This document shows positions 13,550-24,583 of a stretch of DNA of 64,000 nt, in pieces. A program made the position numbers and the translations under genes. Every line of letters starts with the position of its first letter. Position 1 is the stretch's first letter. The notes below the pieces were generated by a model. That model worked only from the letters and a program-made list of their open reading frames with translations. It did no database searches and was not told the origin of the DNA. The DNA lies in the NCBI GenBank assembly GCA_040954595.2, contig CM082587.2, positions 9,553,403 through 9,617,402 on the forward strand, given 5' to 3'. This stretch comes from Balanoglossus misakiensis (lineage: Eukaryota; Animalia; Hemichordata).

Positions 13550-16500
13550 ATGGCGGAGTTTCAACGAGGTAAGTTCAAAACTTTGCCAGCTACGATCGAT
13601 CGAATTTTTGGTTGTTGTGGTCGCTGATGTCAACATATTTTGCTGCCTGACCAACAAGTAATACCTCTTTTTCTTGGTGCTTCTTTTGTATACTTGTACT
13701 CGTTCAATCGGCGTTTTTTTAGGTCCCATTGGTATAGGCATATATACCATGGGACCTTATGGGATCGGTTGCGTCTGTATGTATGTATGGATGTATGGAT
13801 GGATGGATGGATGGATGGATGTCTGTATGTCCGTCCACATCAAAAACTTGAAAACCGCTGCGCGTATCACCTCAATATTTGGTGTGTAGGTGCAGGCTGG
13901 GCTGTAGATGGGAGTTTGTCCAAACAAAGTTGCCAGGCCCAACAAATATGCAAATTAGCTGGAAAAATGTGAAATTTATCAAAACTCTGAAAGTCAACAA
14001 CTACTCGTCAGATTGCTTTAAAAATTGGTATGCATGTACCATATGTCAACCTCACATCGACCTGTAAGTGTTAAGTTAATATCATCGATGTTTTATTTTT
14101 TTATGAATTTTTTAGTCTTTTTATTAAATTTATACCTTTACTTATACCTCTATGGTTAAGCTATGTCCACATCTTATTGTGGAATTCTGGTCTGTGCAAT
14201 AGTCCTGTACAGTGACTGTCTATTGGTCAGTGAGCACAATGGGGCCAAAATAAAAGGCAAAATTTTGGGCTCACCTGTAACACCTGCTTAACACATTAAT
14301 TATGTGCATATCTAATTCCGGGCTAACTAATAGGGCTAGAGGTTTCGTTCTTGTGGGACATGGACCAGTATAGGGTCAAAATTTCTTGCCCAAATTTTGG
14401 GTGACCTCAGGTGACCTTTGACCTACTTTCCTATATCTCGGCATCCAGAGCAGGTACAGACTTGGCGTTTGGAGGGTTGGGACTAAAATTGAAAAGCCAA
14501 AATTGGGGGTCACCTGTGACACCTGCATATCTCATTAATTATGTGCATACCTAATTCCAGGCTAACCAATAGGGCTATAGGTTTGGTTTTTGTTGAACAT
14601 GGACCAGTATAGGGTCAAAATTTCTTGCCCAAATTTTGCATGACCTCAGGTGACCTTTGACCTACTTTATCATATCTTGACATCCAGAGCAGGTACAGAC
14701 TTGGCGTTTGGAGGGTTGGGACTAAAATTGAAAAGCCAAAATTGGGGGTCACCTGTGACACCTGCATATCTCATTAATTATGTGCATACCTAATTCCAGG
14801 CTAACCAATAGGGCTATAGGTTTGGTTTTTGTTGAACATGGACCAGTATAGGGTTAAAATTCCTTGCCCAAATTTTGCATAACCTCAGGTGACCTTTGAC
14901 CTACTTTTCCATATCTTGGCATCCAGAGCAGATATGCTTATTACTATGTTGCTATGTGCTATGTTGGCTTGGGCCCGATATTGCTGATTGCAGATCTGCT
15001 TGCAATGTCACCTGTAATTTTTATTCTGGTGTGTCACTGTTTCCGCATAATCCTCAAATGGGACCACAGTGTCCTTGACGCTATTTTTTCAATTTTCTGA
15101 CGAACAAGAAAGTAATCTTTCCATCGATGTATGACACGTGGTAACTGGTCATTGGGGAAAAATGGGGAAAACTTTTTAAAATTCCTTAGTCGTGTTGATC
15201 GTGACATGCATGTCAGTAATGAACCTCGTATGTGTAGTTCTAGTCAATTGTACATGTATATATCCTGTATTACGGCATTTGTTCTCTGCTTTGGCAAAGG
15301 CCTGTCATGAATGAATGAATACAGTAGTGACGACGTGCATGGCCATTGCAAATACACAATTTGTGACACTATTTTATGTAAATTGGAAATAAATTTCAGT
15401 CCTTTTCCAACAGCTGTTATCAAGTGTTGATGTTGTAACCACTGCATTTCATTTCTCAACAGAATCAGATATCCCTAAAGCTTCAGCCGCAGACATAAGC
15501 ATGATAAGGATTGAAAGTTCTGTTAGAGGGTAGGTAGTCTCATTGTTTTAAACAGTAACACTTATCAATCAATCACATGAATCAATGACTTGTGAATTAT
15601 CAAGTGGTTCCCATTTACTCAACAACCTCCAGTGTACTTGACTGAACTGATGTGTGCATTTTTTTCACAGCTATCATGTTTTCAGGGTAAAACCTCACCC
15701 AGATGTATGGTTGAGGGTGACACCTGAAGAGGGCAACCTATATGATGAAACAGCCATGGGGGTTTGGTACCCTGGTTTAGCTGACATACCTCCTGAGAAA
15801 CACAACATTATAGCTAGAGAGGCAAACAAACGAGGGCCTCAACAAATGGTGAAAGAAAATGCATCCAAACAGGTTGGCAGAGTGCCAGCGAACCTGTGTG
15901 GGAAGTTCAAAGAGTTACTGGAAAACAGGATGGTCACAAAGATTGAATGGTAAGATTTTCATTGTACTTTACAGTTAGCAAATAGAGCAGAAAGCATGCA
16001 TAATAGGTAAGGTAATTTCACAAAATGTATTTTTTCCATTTATTTTCTTTGTGCATTTCTTAATGACTAGTTTTTTGACTAACATATTATCTGTTGCAAG
16101 TGTATAGTGTCACAGTTTTCATGACAAGTAATTACTTCACTTGAACATCACTTGTAATGTAAATTGTAAAATACTTTCCCTAGGTACTCGGACGTGTTTC
16201 TATGAATTTGTTTTCTTTTCTTTTCTCTTTCAGTCAGTTCACTGGGGATGCTGGTCCAAGTAAAACCCCAGCACAACACCAACGCTTTAAGAAGAGCCGT
16301 GTGAATAGAGACCAGCCAGGGGGAGGAGCCATCCTGTCATGTATATATCACGTGCATACCAAAGCTGGCTGTGTAGAAGAAACCAAAGAGGCACTTGACA
16401 AAACCTTAAGACATATGGCAGGTATGGCCAAACGACTGCCATAGTTTCTTTGATTACTCAGATTGTTTCAGTTCACAGTTTCTGTGTCTAGTTTTAGTAC

Positions 16501-19500
16501 TTATTCTGTTGTGTTAGATACAAGTTTTAGTATTTATAGTTTTGTTTTCTACAGTTTTAGCATTTAAAATAACTGTGTTTTTTTGCATCCTAAATTTTAG
16601 ATTTTTACTGATGCTGTTCTGTTTCAACAATTCTGGTCATGGGTCTCAATTTCAGTCATCACAAAATGCATGCAACGACACCATGTCAAGCATTTGATAG
16701 TCTTGTCAATGTCCACATTTTACATCCTGTTTTTTTTTTCTTAAATTTTGTAGTTTTACAAATATTTACTAAATTTACAAGTCTGCCATTGTCCTGAAAA
16801 ATCACTAGAGTTAATATACACATGAAGTGTGTTGTTGTCAATTTGAAGAAAAATTGAAAAATGTCAAGAAAAGAAAAGTGCTGAACAACTTTACTCCAGA
16901 TAAATGTTTTATACGATGTTTTATACATATATGTTATATATTTTGTTGTTATAATTAAAAGTTAATATATTTATGATTACATTTATAATTGTTGGCTATG
17001 ATTTATTTGCATGCTTACAGATCTTGATGATGAAGTTACTTGCCATATCAGTGTGTTGTTGACTGTGTGCAGGATATGTGCAACACAAATAACAGACTTC
17101 ACCAGAGCCCGTCATGTATCTGACTTCACACCTGTGATTGATAATACATGGGGTATTGATGTCAGAAGTGACAAAGAAGAAATCCATCCGATGTATGTGT
17201 GTAATACATGTAGAAGAACCCTTGAGTACCATAAAACATGTATGGAAAAAAATAAGAAGTATAAAACTGACAAAGTCATGAAAAGTTTCTACCCTCATGA
17301 TGACACCTGTGTGCTTTGTTTCCCTGTGGACAAAGCTGACCATACATATGCTGAGACAAGCAGTGAGTTATGCAAATATGACAAATGCAGCATTAAATTA
17401 GTAAGTACAGGAACTCAAACCATCCCATCAGTAACAATACCAACAGAGACAGGTGATGTCACTCACCTTGACACAGAAATGAAGCAGAAAATCACAAAAA
17501 ATATCTTTCATCTTGAAGCCAAGGAAATAGCCCAGGACTTTAACTCCTTCGACCAAACGTACAAAGACCTATCAAACTGTGTAAACTTCAATCCTGATAT
17601 GTACTACAGGCAAAGGAATCCCATGGTCAGAAGTGTCATAGAAGGACTTGAAATGGGTTCAAATGTAGCTGCTACTATTGGAGTCAAAATGATGGCTGTA
17701 GAACAGTTATATCAGATTGTTTGCTCATGGCGGATTGCTCCATTCGCATTCCTAGTTTCACTACTTCTATATGCGGTGACTGGCAGTGCTTTGGTAATAT
17801 CTGTCATTAGTAGGCTAACTCCAAGTGGCAGTTGGACAACATTTAGGAGATGGCTCAATTCACTGACCAGTGAACCTATACAACTACCTGCTGCAGGGGA
17901 TCTCTCCATTGCCTTTGACAATGACCAGATTGTGCAGAAACAGTATGAGGTCAAAGCAGGTGGAAAACCAAGGGTTTCTATCCTCACTAGCATCTGTTAT
18001 TCAATACTGGGACATGAGGGACTTCAATTCAAACCAAACTTGGCTCCAAGGTAAGGCTTGTCATTTAGTGACGCAAGTCTGTGTAACTTTTGCATCGACA
18101 CCTCAACAAATGCTATTTGTGTATCACCATAAGTAGATTTGTATCATCTTGATGTCATACAAGGAACACACTCTATATCATGGTAAACACAGCAAGATTA
18201 TATAGAATGAAGTGGTCAAGAAGCACCAACTCTTGGACACAATGTTCTTCAATGCAAACTAATTTTATTTCTGACGTTTCGTGGGATTAATCCCACTTCA
18301 TCAGGGTAAAAATTGCCGATTATATGTATGTGTCAACATTATATGTATGTGTAAATTTTTAAGTGTCACGTTCAAAAGCATAGTCCACTGCAGCTGTAAA
18401 AATACATGCATGATCTTTCTTTAGAAACTGGATGAAATATTCGGAATCAGGAAACCAAGTGGAAGTGAAGACGATGCTCACTGCCAAGATATTAGATCAG
18501 ACAAAAATATCCAAGGGCTTCCAGATTGTTCGAGGAGAAGTAAGTATGCTGTAATATATATTTTAAAAAGAAAATATATTATATTTTTAGTTAGTGGTAC
18601 AATTGTATTTTCTGAGGACAAGTGAGATTTCAACAATACAATTACATTTTTTTTATTTGTGTTGCATGTAACAATAGGAACATGTCAAATTGACTTTGTC
18701 AGCTACTTCATTGATTCTAATGTGATGTTTTCTCAGTTGAAACGAATGACCCAGAAAGCTCTGGAAGATGTAGTACTGCAGCAGTTCAATGAGGGTGGCA
18801 GTTTCTTGGATGACATAGACCAACGTGTAGATGAGATAGAAAAAAAACAAAGAGAGAAAGCTATGTCCAGTGTGTGATACAGCCATGAAGAAAACAGCCA
18901 GGAAATGTCCTAATGAAAGTTGCAGGGCCAACTTCAAGGAAGCTACAGAAAAGTTGACAGGTGCCGACCACTGTTTTATTATTATTTTATTTTTTGATGA
19001 AATACTTGGCATAGAGAGACAATTGTAAGAAATATGACATCTAACCTAAATGTAAAATACATGTAGTATTGTCTCACAGGTACACCAAGATATAATTTAC
19101 GAATCATAAAGACATTAGATAAAAAGAAAATCTCCAGAGATGTTGCTAAAGCATTAATGATAACTGATTCCTAATCTTTTTTAATGCAGGCAAGGAGTCT
19201 CTTGGAACTATGCTTATCCGAACACCAAAGGAAAATTCCAAAATGAAAGCATTCATTGTAAGCATCTCTAAAACTGGGGAAGAAGCAAATGTTGAAACTG
19301 CAACTGATGATGTAGCTGCCAACTACAGCCACCTACAGTCAGGTCATCCTGGACACCCAGTACAGGTATTCTGTGGAGAACCTGTCTTCGTCAATCCCAA
19401 CTCTTACAAGACAGTTACAGCAGTCCTCCTGAAGATAGGGGAAGCAGGCAATGTTGCAAGAACTGGATTAAACAACTCTAATGTCGGTGATGGAAAACGA

Positions 19501-22024
19501 TGCTGGTTGAAAGTGACGATGGATGGTCTACCCTACATGATTGCGCGTAAGGTGGTTACAGAGTCTTTTCACTGTGACCTTTGTTCGGAAACTATTAGTG
19601 GAATGGCTGCATATGAAAGACATGTTCATACTAATCACCAGTACTGTCCCCTTCCAAAACCACAGCTTGAGTTTGGTTGGGTTGTACTCAGTCCAGGCAA
19701 ATTGCATATGGAAATGAATATGGTGAGAAATTTCCTTGCTGTTAACTGGGAGGTCTTCATGTCTGACTTAGCCCATGAAATGGGCTTTATATCAGAGAAA
19801 GCACAACAATATGCAAAGAGTGGAGGAGATCACCATATTGCTTGGCAGCTACTGAATGTGGCTGTCCAAGGCAACATTCGGGAATTATTGGTGCCCTATG
19901 TTCGTGATCGTTTGTTAAAGGAGCAGTCGGTGTCTGTGAACGATTTCATCCACTATGCTTCTGAAGCTAAAGATGCAAACTACACGTATATGTTTGAGCA
20001 AACCTACAGGTATGCAGGTGCCATTTTGGTATACAGGATGGGAGTTAGACTGAACAGGGCAGACCTCATATCTGGAGCATCTCTAGTGTTTTCTCCGCTT
20101 TGGAGCAGAAGCAAAGATTCAAAGTATCAACTCTTGGACCTATACAACAGGTACGTAACACTAAATTTATATTAAACTCTTTTAAGACTGTATTGTCCTA
20201 CCCGCACTCTTAGATCTATTGATCAACGTCATCTTACTCCAGTATTGGCAAATACCAAACCATCGGTCAGTGTATGTACTTTTTCGTACACGGCTCCTAA
20301 ACACTGGAATTTTCTACCCCTAGAATTTGGACTTTGCAAATCTATTGACACATTTAAAAGGCAGTTCAAGACTCATCTTTTTATGTAACTTGTTTTAAAA
20401 GAGATGTCACATCTTAATCCCCAGGGCGGACAGAGCAATGATGCCCAATGAACTACTGTCATTTTTGGAGACAAGTGAAAGTGTTTCTGTAACAGGAAGT
20501 TTATATCATGGAGAGGATATGGATGCTCGCCTTGAAGAAATCAACAAAGCCTCTAAACGGTGGTCTGCTGGGGCCATGTTTGTCAATGAATGGACACGAA
20601 CATTCAGGAATTTGGATAACCTGACAGAGGTAATGTACAATATTTTTCTGGTAAACTAGTACTTCTATGAAAACCTATAAATCTGAGTTAGTGCCCCTTG
20701 TAACTTTGTGGAGAGGTCATTCACCTCTGTTCAACTGCAACTTCAAGGAAGGCGACCTCCATTGTCTTTTTACACTTGATGAGAAAAAGGGGAAAAAACG
20801 AAACCCCTGACTTTAAAGCTCCAACACATGTGCTGAACCCAGGCTACACAGCTCTAAACTCCACATTCACAGACTTACATGGTCTTCAGCAGTGAGAAGT
20901 GAGTATCAGGGTCAGTAAGTTGAGCAGTAAGGGAGTGTCACTAATACTTCCTTTTATTCATCAAGTGTGCACAGATGATCAAGGTCGACTTCTTTGAAGT
21001 TGCTGTTGACCAGAGGTGTATCTCTACAAAGAGCTATGGTAAAATATCTCTTCTCTTTCAAATCTTACAGCTTAGAAAGAAAATGGAATCCACTTTGAAC
21101 ATAGCAGAAAGGTCTAGCTCAAGTAATCCATCAAGATTGAGGAAAGAGGGAGAAGTTACTGCTTGGCGTGTTAAACTCCGTAAAGAAAAGTAAGTTATTT
21201 TATTCATTGAAAAAACCTTCCTAAACCACACCTGAATGATAGTTTGTAAGGCTGATTCTTTGAAGTTTAAGTTGACTAGTATCAAGTATTTTCAGCAATC
21301 AAATCAACTTTTTATATTTTTGCCCACTTGAGCACTTTTGACAAGGAATATAGATCAACTGAATGATTTCAACACTTCTAATCTGTTTCTGTTTGTAGAA
21401 CTGTGTTCTTGAGGTGTGTGCCTCTGTAATCAATTAATTTTACTTCAATGAAATGTCATAGATTTCTCAAAAAATGTATTAGAGCCAAATCTTGATGCAG
21501 GAAATGAATGTTTCAGAGCAAGATTTCTGTAACCAATATATAATCAGTGGCATCTTTCATAACATTGTGTGTAACCATTTCTTTCCAGGTATCTCACGAC
21601 TCCATCAGAGGAAAGAGCCCATGTTGGTCTGGATGGTAAAGAACTGGATGCTGGCCTGAAAAATATCACAGCCATTTCTGAAGTTAATCAGAGAATAGTG
21701 CTAGACAAAGTTGTCTTGGGTGGGGCTTCAAAAGGCAGTGTTCGTCATGAGTTGACTCCTGTGTATGTTACCGTCGAGGAAAGGAACAAGCGTGAAGCTC
21801 TAGAAAATCAAACAAAGGCACAACTAATAAAACTTGTTCAGGCAGCTCTCGAGAAAGTCAGCGACAGTGACTTACAGTTCGAATTTTCCGAGACATTCAA
21901 AAGTGTAAGAAAGGCCAAAAAGGAGAAAGTCATTGAATTTTATAGGGAGCTTGAGGAAGTGAGTGTTTTACAAGCTGCAGAGGAGTTGGCAAAAGATGAC
22001 CTTGAGCCTGAAAATATTGAATAA
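13550..22024 (+). CDS. Spliced ~1035-aa DDE transposase with RAG1/Chapa-type N-terminal Zn domain (one +1 frameshift in an A8 run)
   Basis: Phase-compatible GT-AG exons: 13550-13568 (inferred first exon), 17021-18050, 18425-18539, 18737-18960, 19190-20150, 20425-20629, 21071-21189, 21589-22024. Total is 3108 nt after removing one A at 18840-18847. Motifs: HISVLLTVCRIC...DKEEIHPMYVCNTC...HDDTCVLC; AFDND; CPVC...CPNESC; MDGLPY...CDLC; PGKLHMEMN; DARLEEINK. Confidence 0.85.
13776..13835 (+). repeat. (GTAT)n/(GGAT)n microsatellite
   Basis: gtatgtatgtatggatgtatggatggatggatggatggatggatgtctgtatgtccgtcc. Confidence 0.9.
14255..14930. repeat. ~239-bp tandem repeat (~2.8 copies) inside the HINE-like element
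   Basis: GGGGTCACCTGTGACACCTGCATATCTCATTAATTATGTGC recurs at ~14506 and ~14745, with a diverged copy at ~14267. Confidence 0.85.
15463..16444 (+). CDS. Spliced HIRAN-like domain protein
   Basis: Exons 15463 (or ATG 15501)-15529, 15671-15949 and 16234-16444 join in phase. Product: MIRIESSVRG|YHVFRVKP...PEEGNLYDETAMGVW...VGRVPANL...IEC|QFTG...GGGAILSCIY, matching the VRGYH / EP.N.YD..A..V / VG.VP pattern of HIRAN folds. Confidence 0.75.
18262..18312 (-). ncRNA. Minimal type I hammerhead ribozyme (Penelope-like element remnant)
   Basis: Minus strand reads CC-CUGAUGA-A-GUGGGA-UUAA-UCCCAC-GAAA-CGUC-A: both core boxes, perfect stem II, and the palindromic ACGU in place of stem III. Confidence 0.7.
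20205..20385 (+). mobile_element. 3' end fragment of an L2/CR1-group LINE in a transposase intron
   Basis: Translates to ...FSYTAPKHWNFLP...KSIDTFKRQFKTHLF, the typical ORF2 C-terminal motif. Confidence 0.65.
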
Positions 22025-22049
22025 ACAAACCATCTATCTATCTACCTTA

Positions 22050-22735
22050 CATCAGCTTCAGATGTGATAGTGAGATATGCTATTGTATCATCAGCAAATA
22101 GTCTTACTGTGGAATTTAAACCTGTTTGAATATCATTGGTGTAGTATAAGAACAAAGATGGGCCCAATACAGAGCCTTGTGGGACTCCCGATTCATACAG
22201 TGTCTGATGATATACCGTCTATCGCTACTACTTGGGTACGTTGATGGAGGAAGGATTGTATCCAATTAAGGGTTTTACCCCTTATACCATAGTGATGTAG
22301 CTTGTGAACCAACAAATTGTGACAAACTCTATCAAAGGCTTTGGAAAAGTCCATGACTAGGACATCTGTTTGTTTACCATTTTCCATGTTTTGGGTCAAA
22401 TCGTCTATGAGCTCTAGTAGCTGAGTCTCACAGGATCTACGCTGTCTAAATCCATGTTGTAGTGGATAGAAAATATTATGCGTTTCTGCATGATTCATGA
22501 TGTGTTTTGTCACAATGTGTTCCATAAGTTTTCAACAAATACATGTAAGTGATATGGGTCTGTAGTTTTCTGCTTTATACTTCTGACCTTTCTTGAATAT
22601 AGGTGTCACAGTAGCTTTGCGCCAGTCTTGTGGAACTTCACCACTGTCATAGGACATACCGAATATAGTAGTTAGTATTGGTGTTAATTCAACTGCTAGT
22701 TGTTTCAGCACATATGGTTTGATATTATCAGGACT
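22050..22735 (-). pseudogene. Non-LTR retrotransposon (CR1/L2-group) reverse transcriptase fragment
   Basis: VPQDWRKATVTPIFKKG...NYRPISLTCIC, QHGFRQRRSCETQL, DFSKAFDRV, then SGVPQGSVLGP and LFADDT. Contains stops and a small deletion; truncated at both ends. Confidence 0.92.
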
Positions 22736-23295
22736 ATATGTAGTATTTGTAAACACAGATAATATATTTATTTGAACAAATAAATAACAAATATAAATTT
22801 AAAACTCTGTTATAAAGTGTGTCTAATATAAATATAATTTTTTTACACGGTACGAACATTTTGTTGTTGTTGTAAATATCACAATATTTCTGTCTCAAAT
22901 AGAAAAATATTGCTCGACCCTGAGTCCTTAGTAACACAAACCTACCCCCTGGTCATGATATGATGACAAGGCAATGAATCTATGAAGTATTAAATAAAGA
23001 ACACAAAAGGTTCCAGAGTCTACCAGTAAAATGGATCAGGAGGAGTCATTACACATGGAATGAGGCCAAAAGTAACATTTTTGCAGGGAATAATAGGAAA
23101 AAACAACAGAATTTGGTTCAAAAAAGTACTGAAAAAAGGACATTTCTCTGCTATAGTAACCAACAAACTAAGAACAAACTAAATGTTTCTATCGCCACTT
23201 AACAGACAACCTAAGCAAATTTTCTACTTTAACAAAATATTAAAAACTATAACAAACGTATCTTGAATCATGCAGAGTCTATGCTTAAACCCATA

Positions 23296-24583
23296 CTAAT
23301 GGTCCCGCGTGACATTGTGTTCAAACATCTGAACATGAGGCCCATGAACATCTGAAGACGTGACGTTCTTATTTGGTGTTGGTTCCAATGGTGTCACCAA
23401 ATTTGCTGTATCAGATGCACAAGGTACAATCTCCACATTTCCATTTGCCACTGACAGCTTTCCCCTCTGAAAATCCTCAAGGGCTTCATGACTACCATAC
23501 ACACGGGTTTTATCTTTACTTCGAATATACAGAAGAATTTCTTCTCCTGTACAGACATGGTAGTCATTCACCTAAAAGCAAATAAAATTGATAACATTAT
23601 TATAGGCTTATGATAATGAATACAACACAAAATTAAAATTTGGACAAATAATTTTCAAAAAATATCATATGAATGACAACAAAATTTCATTGTGAAAGAT
23701 CAGTTTTACTATAACAACAAAAGATACAACATAAAACTTTCTACAATATAAAACCTCATAGATTTGTTTATTTTTCTATCAGTAAGCAGGACAATTTATT
23801 ATTTAGTATCTGCCATATCATTTGTTGTTTGAAAAGTATAACAACGTATTGTACAAATGTAGCTGTCCCACAAGAATAAACTTACCTTCTTAAGGAATCC
23901 CTTCCTTTGCTTGCTGCCAAAACTACTCCGTCTATGTTTATCGGCCAGATATTCAATTTTTATCTTCTTCTTTCCATACTTCACTTTTCTGGAAACTTCT
24001 TTGTGCGCTTTCTTGTTTGGCGTTAGAAATTGGTCTGCAGACTGAAATGACAAAACTAATGTTGAAAGGCAAAGAAACTGCAAGCTCTATTTGAAGGTCG
24101 AATAGGCTGGTCTATTAAGTTCCAGAACGGAGACAAGCTTATTTGACGGTTACGTTCATAGGGTACGCTACCAATCACACTCCTATCTGGCTGGTGAGAC
24201 AAACACACAACCAACTTTAACTTTAGCACAAGCGAAGGAACAACGAACTATACGCTGAAATGTGCCTCAAAGTGACGAAATCGGTTGTCTGGTTATATAT
24301 AATGCGAATGACTTTTAACACGAGTTAGAATGCTATCGAAAATATACGGAAATGGTTCGATTGCTTTGTCTGTTCAATGGTCAACACAAGTACGCGTCAA
24401 GTGACAAGTACGCGCCAAGTGACATGCCAATGCCATTGCATGTCGCGTACTTACTTAAAAACTATACGTTTTTGCTAATGCTAATTTTTGCTAAAACATT
24501 AGTTTTTGCTAATGTTCAACACGTAAACTAAATTCAGGAGGTCGAACTGATATAGAAATGATACTCACAGTTGATGGATCCAT
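23296..24583 (-). CDS. Spliced ~148-aa SRF-type MADS-box-like protein, convergent with the transposase
   Basis: Phase-0 exons 24583-24569 (MDPST, inferred), 24041-23886 and 23571-23296. They give GKKKIKIEYLADKHRRSSFGSKQRKGFLKK|VNDYHVCTGEEILLYIRSKDKTRVYGS, colinear with the SRF MADS box (GRVKIKMEFIDNKLRRYTTFSKRKTGIMKKAYELSTLTGTQVLLLVAS). Confidence 0.75.

Larger units (their letters stand above)
13721..15083 (+). mobile_element. Non-autonomous DINE-1/Helentron-like (HINE) element nested in intron 1
   Basis: 5' AGGTCCCAT (13721) with nearby inverted copy ATGGGACCT (13749), (GTAT/GGAT)n microsatellite, ~239-bp central tandem repeats, 3' subterminal ATGGGACC (15058) and stem-loop AGTGTC-CTT-GACGCT. 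Inserted in T runs with no TSD. Confidence 0.75.
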
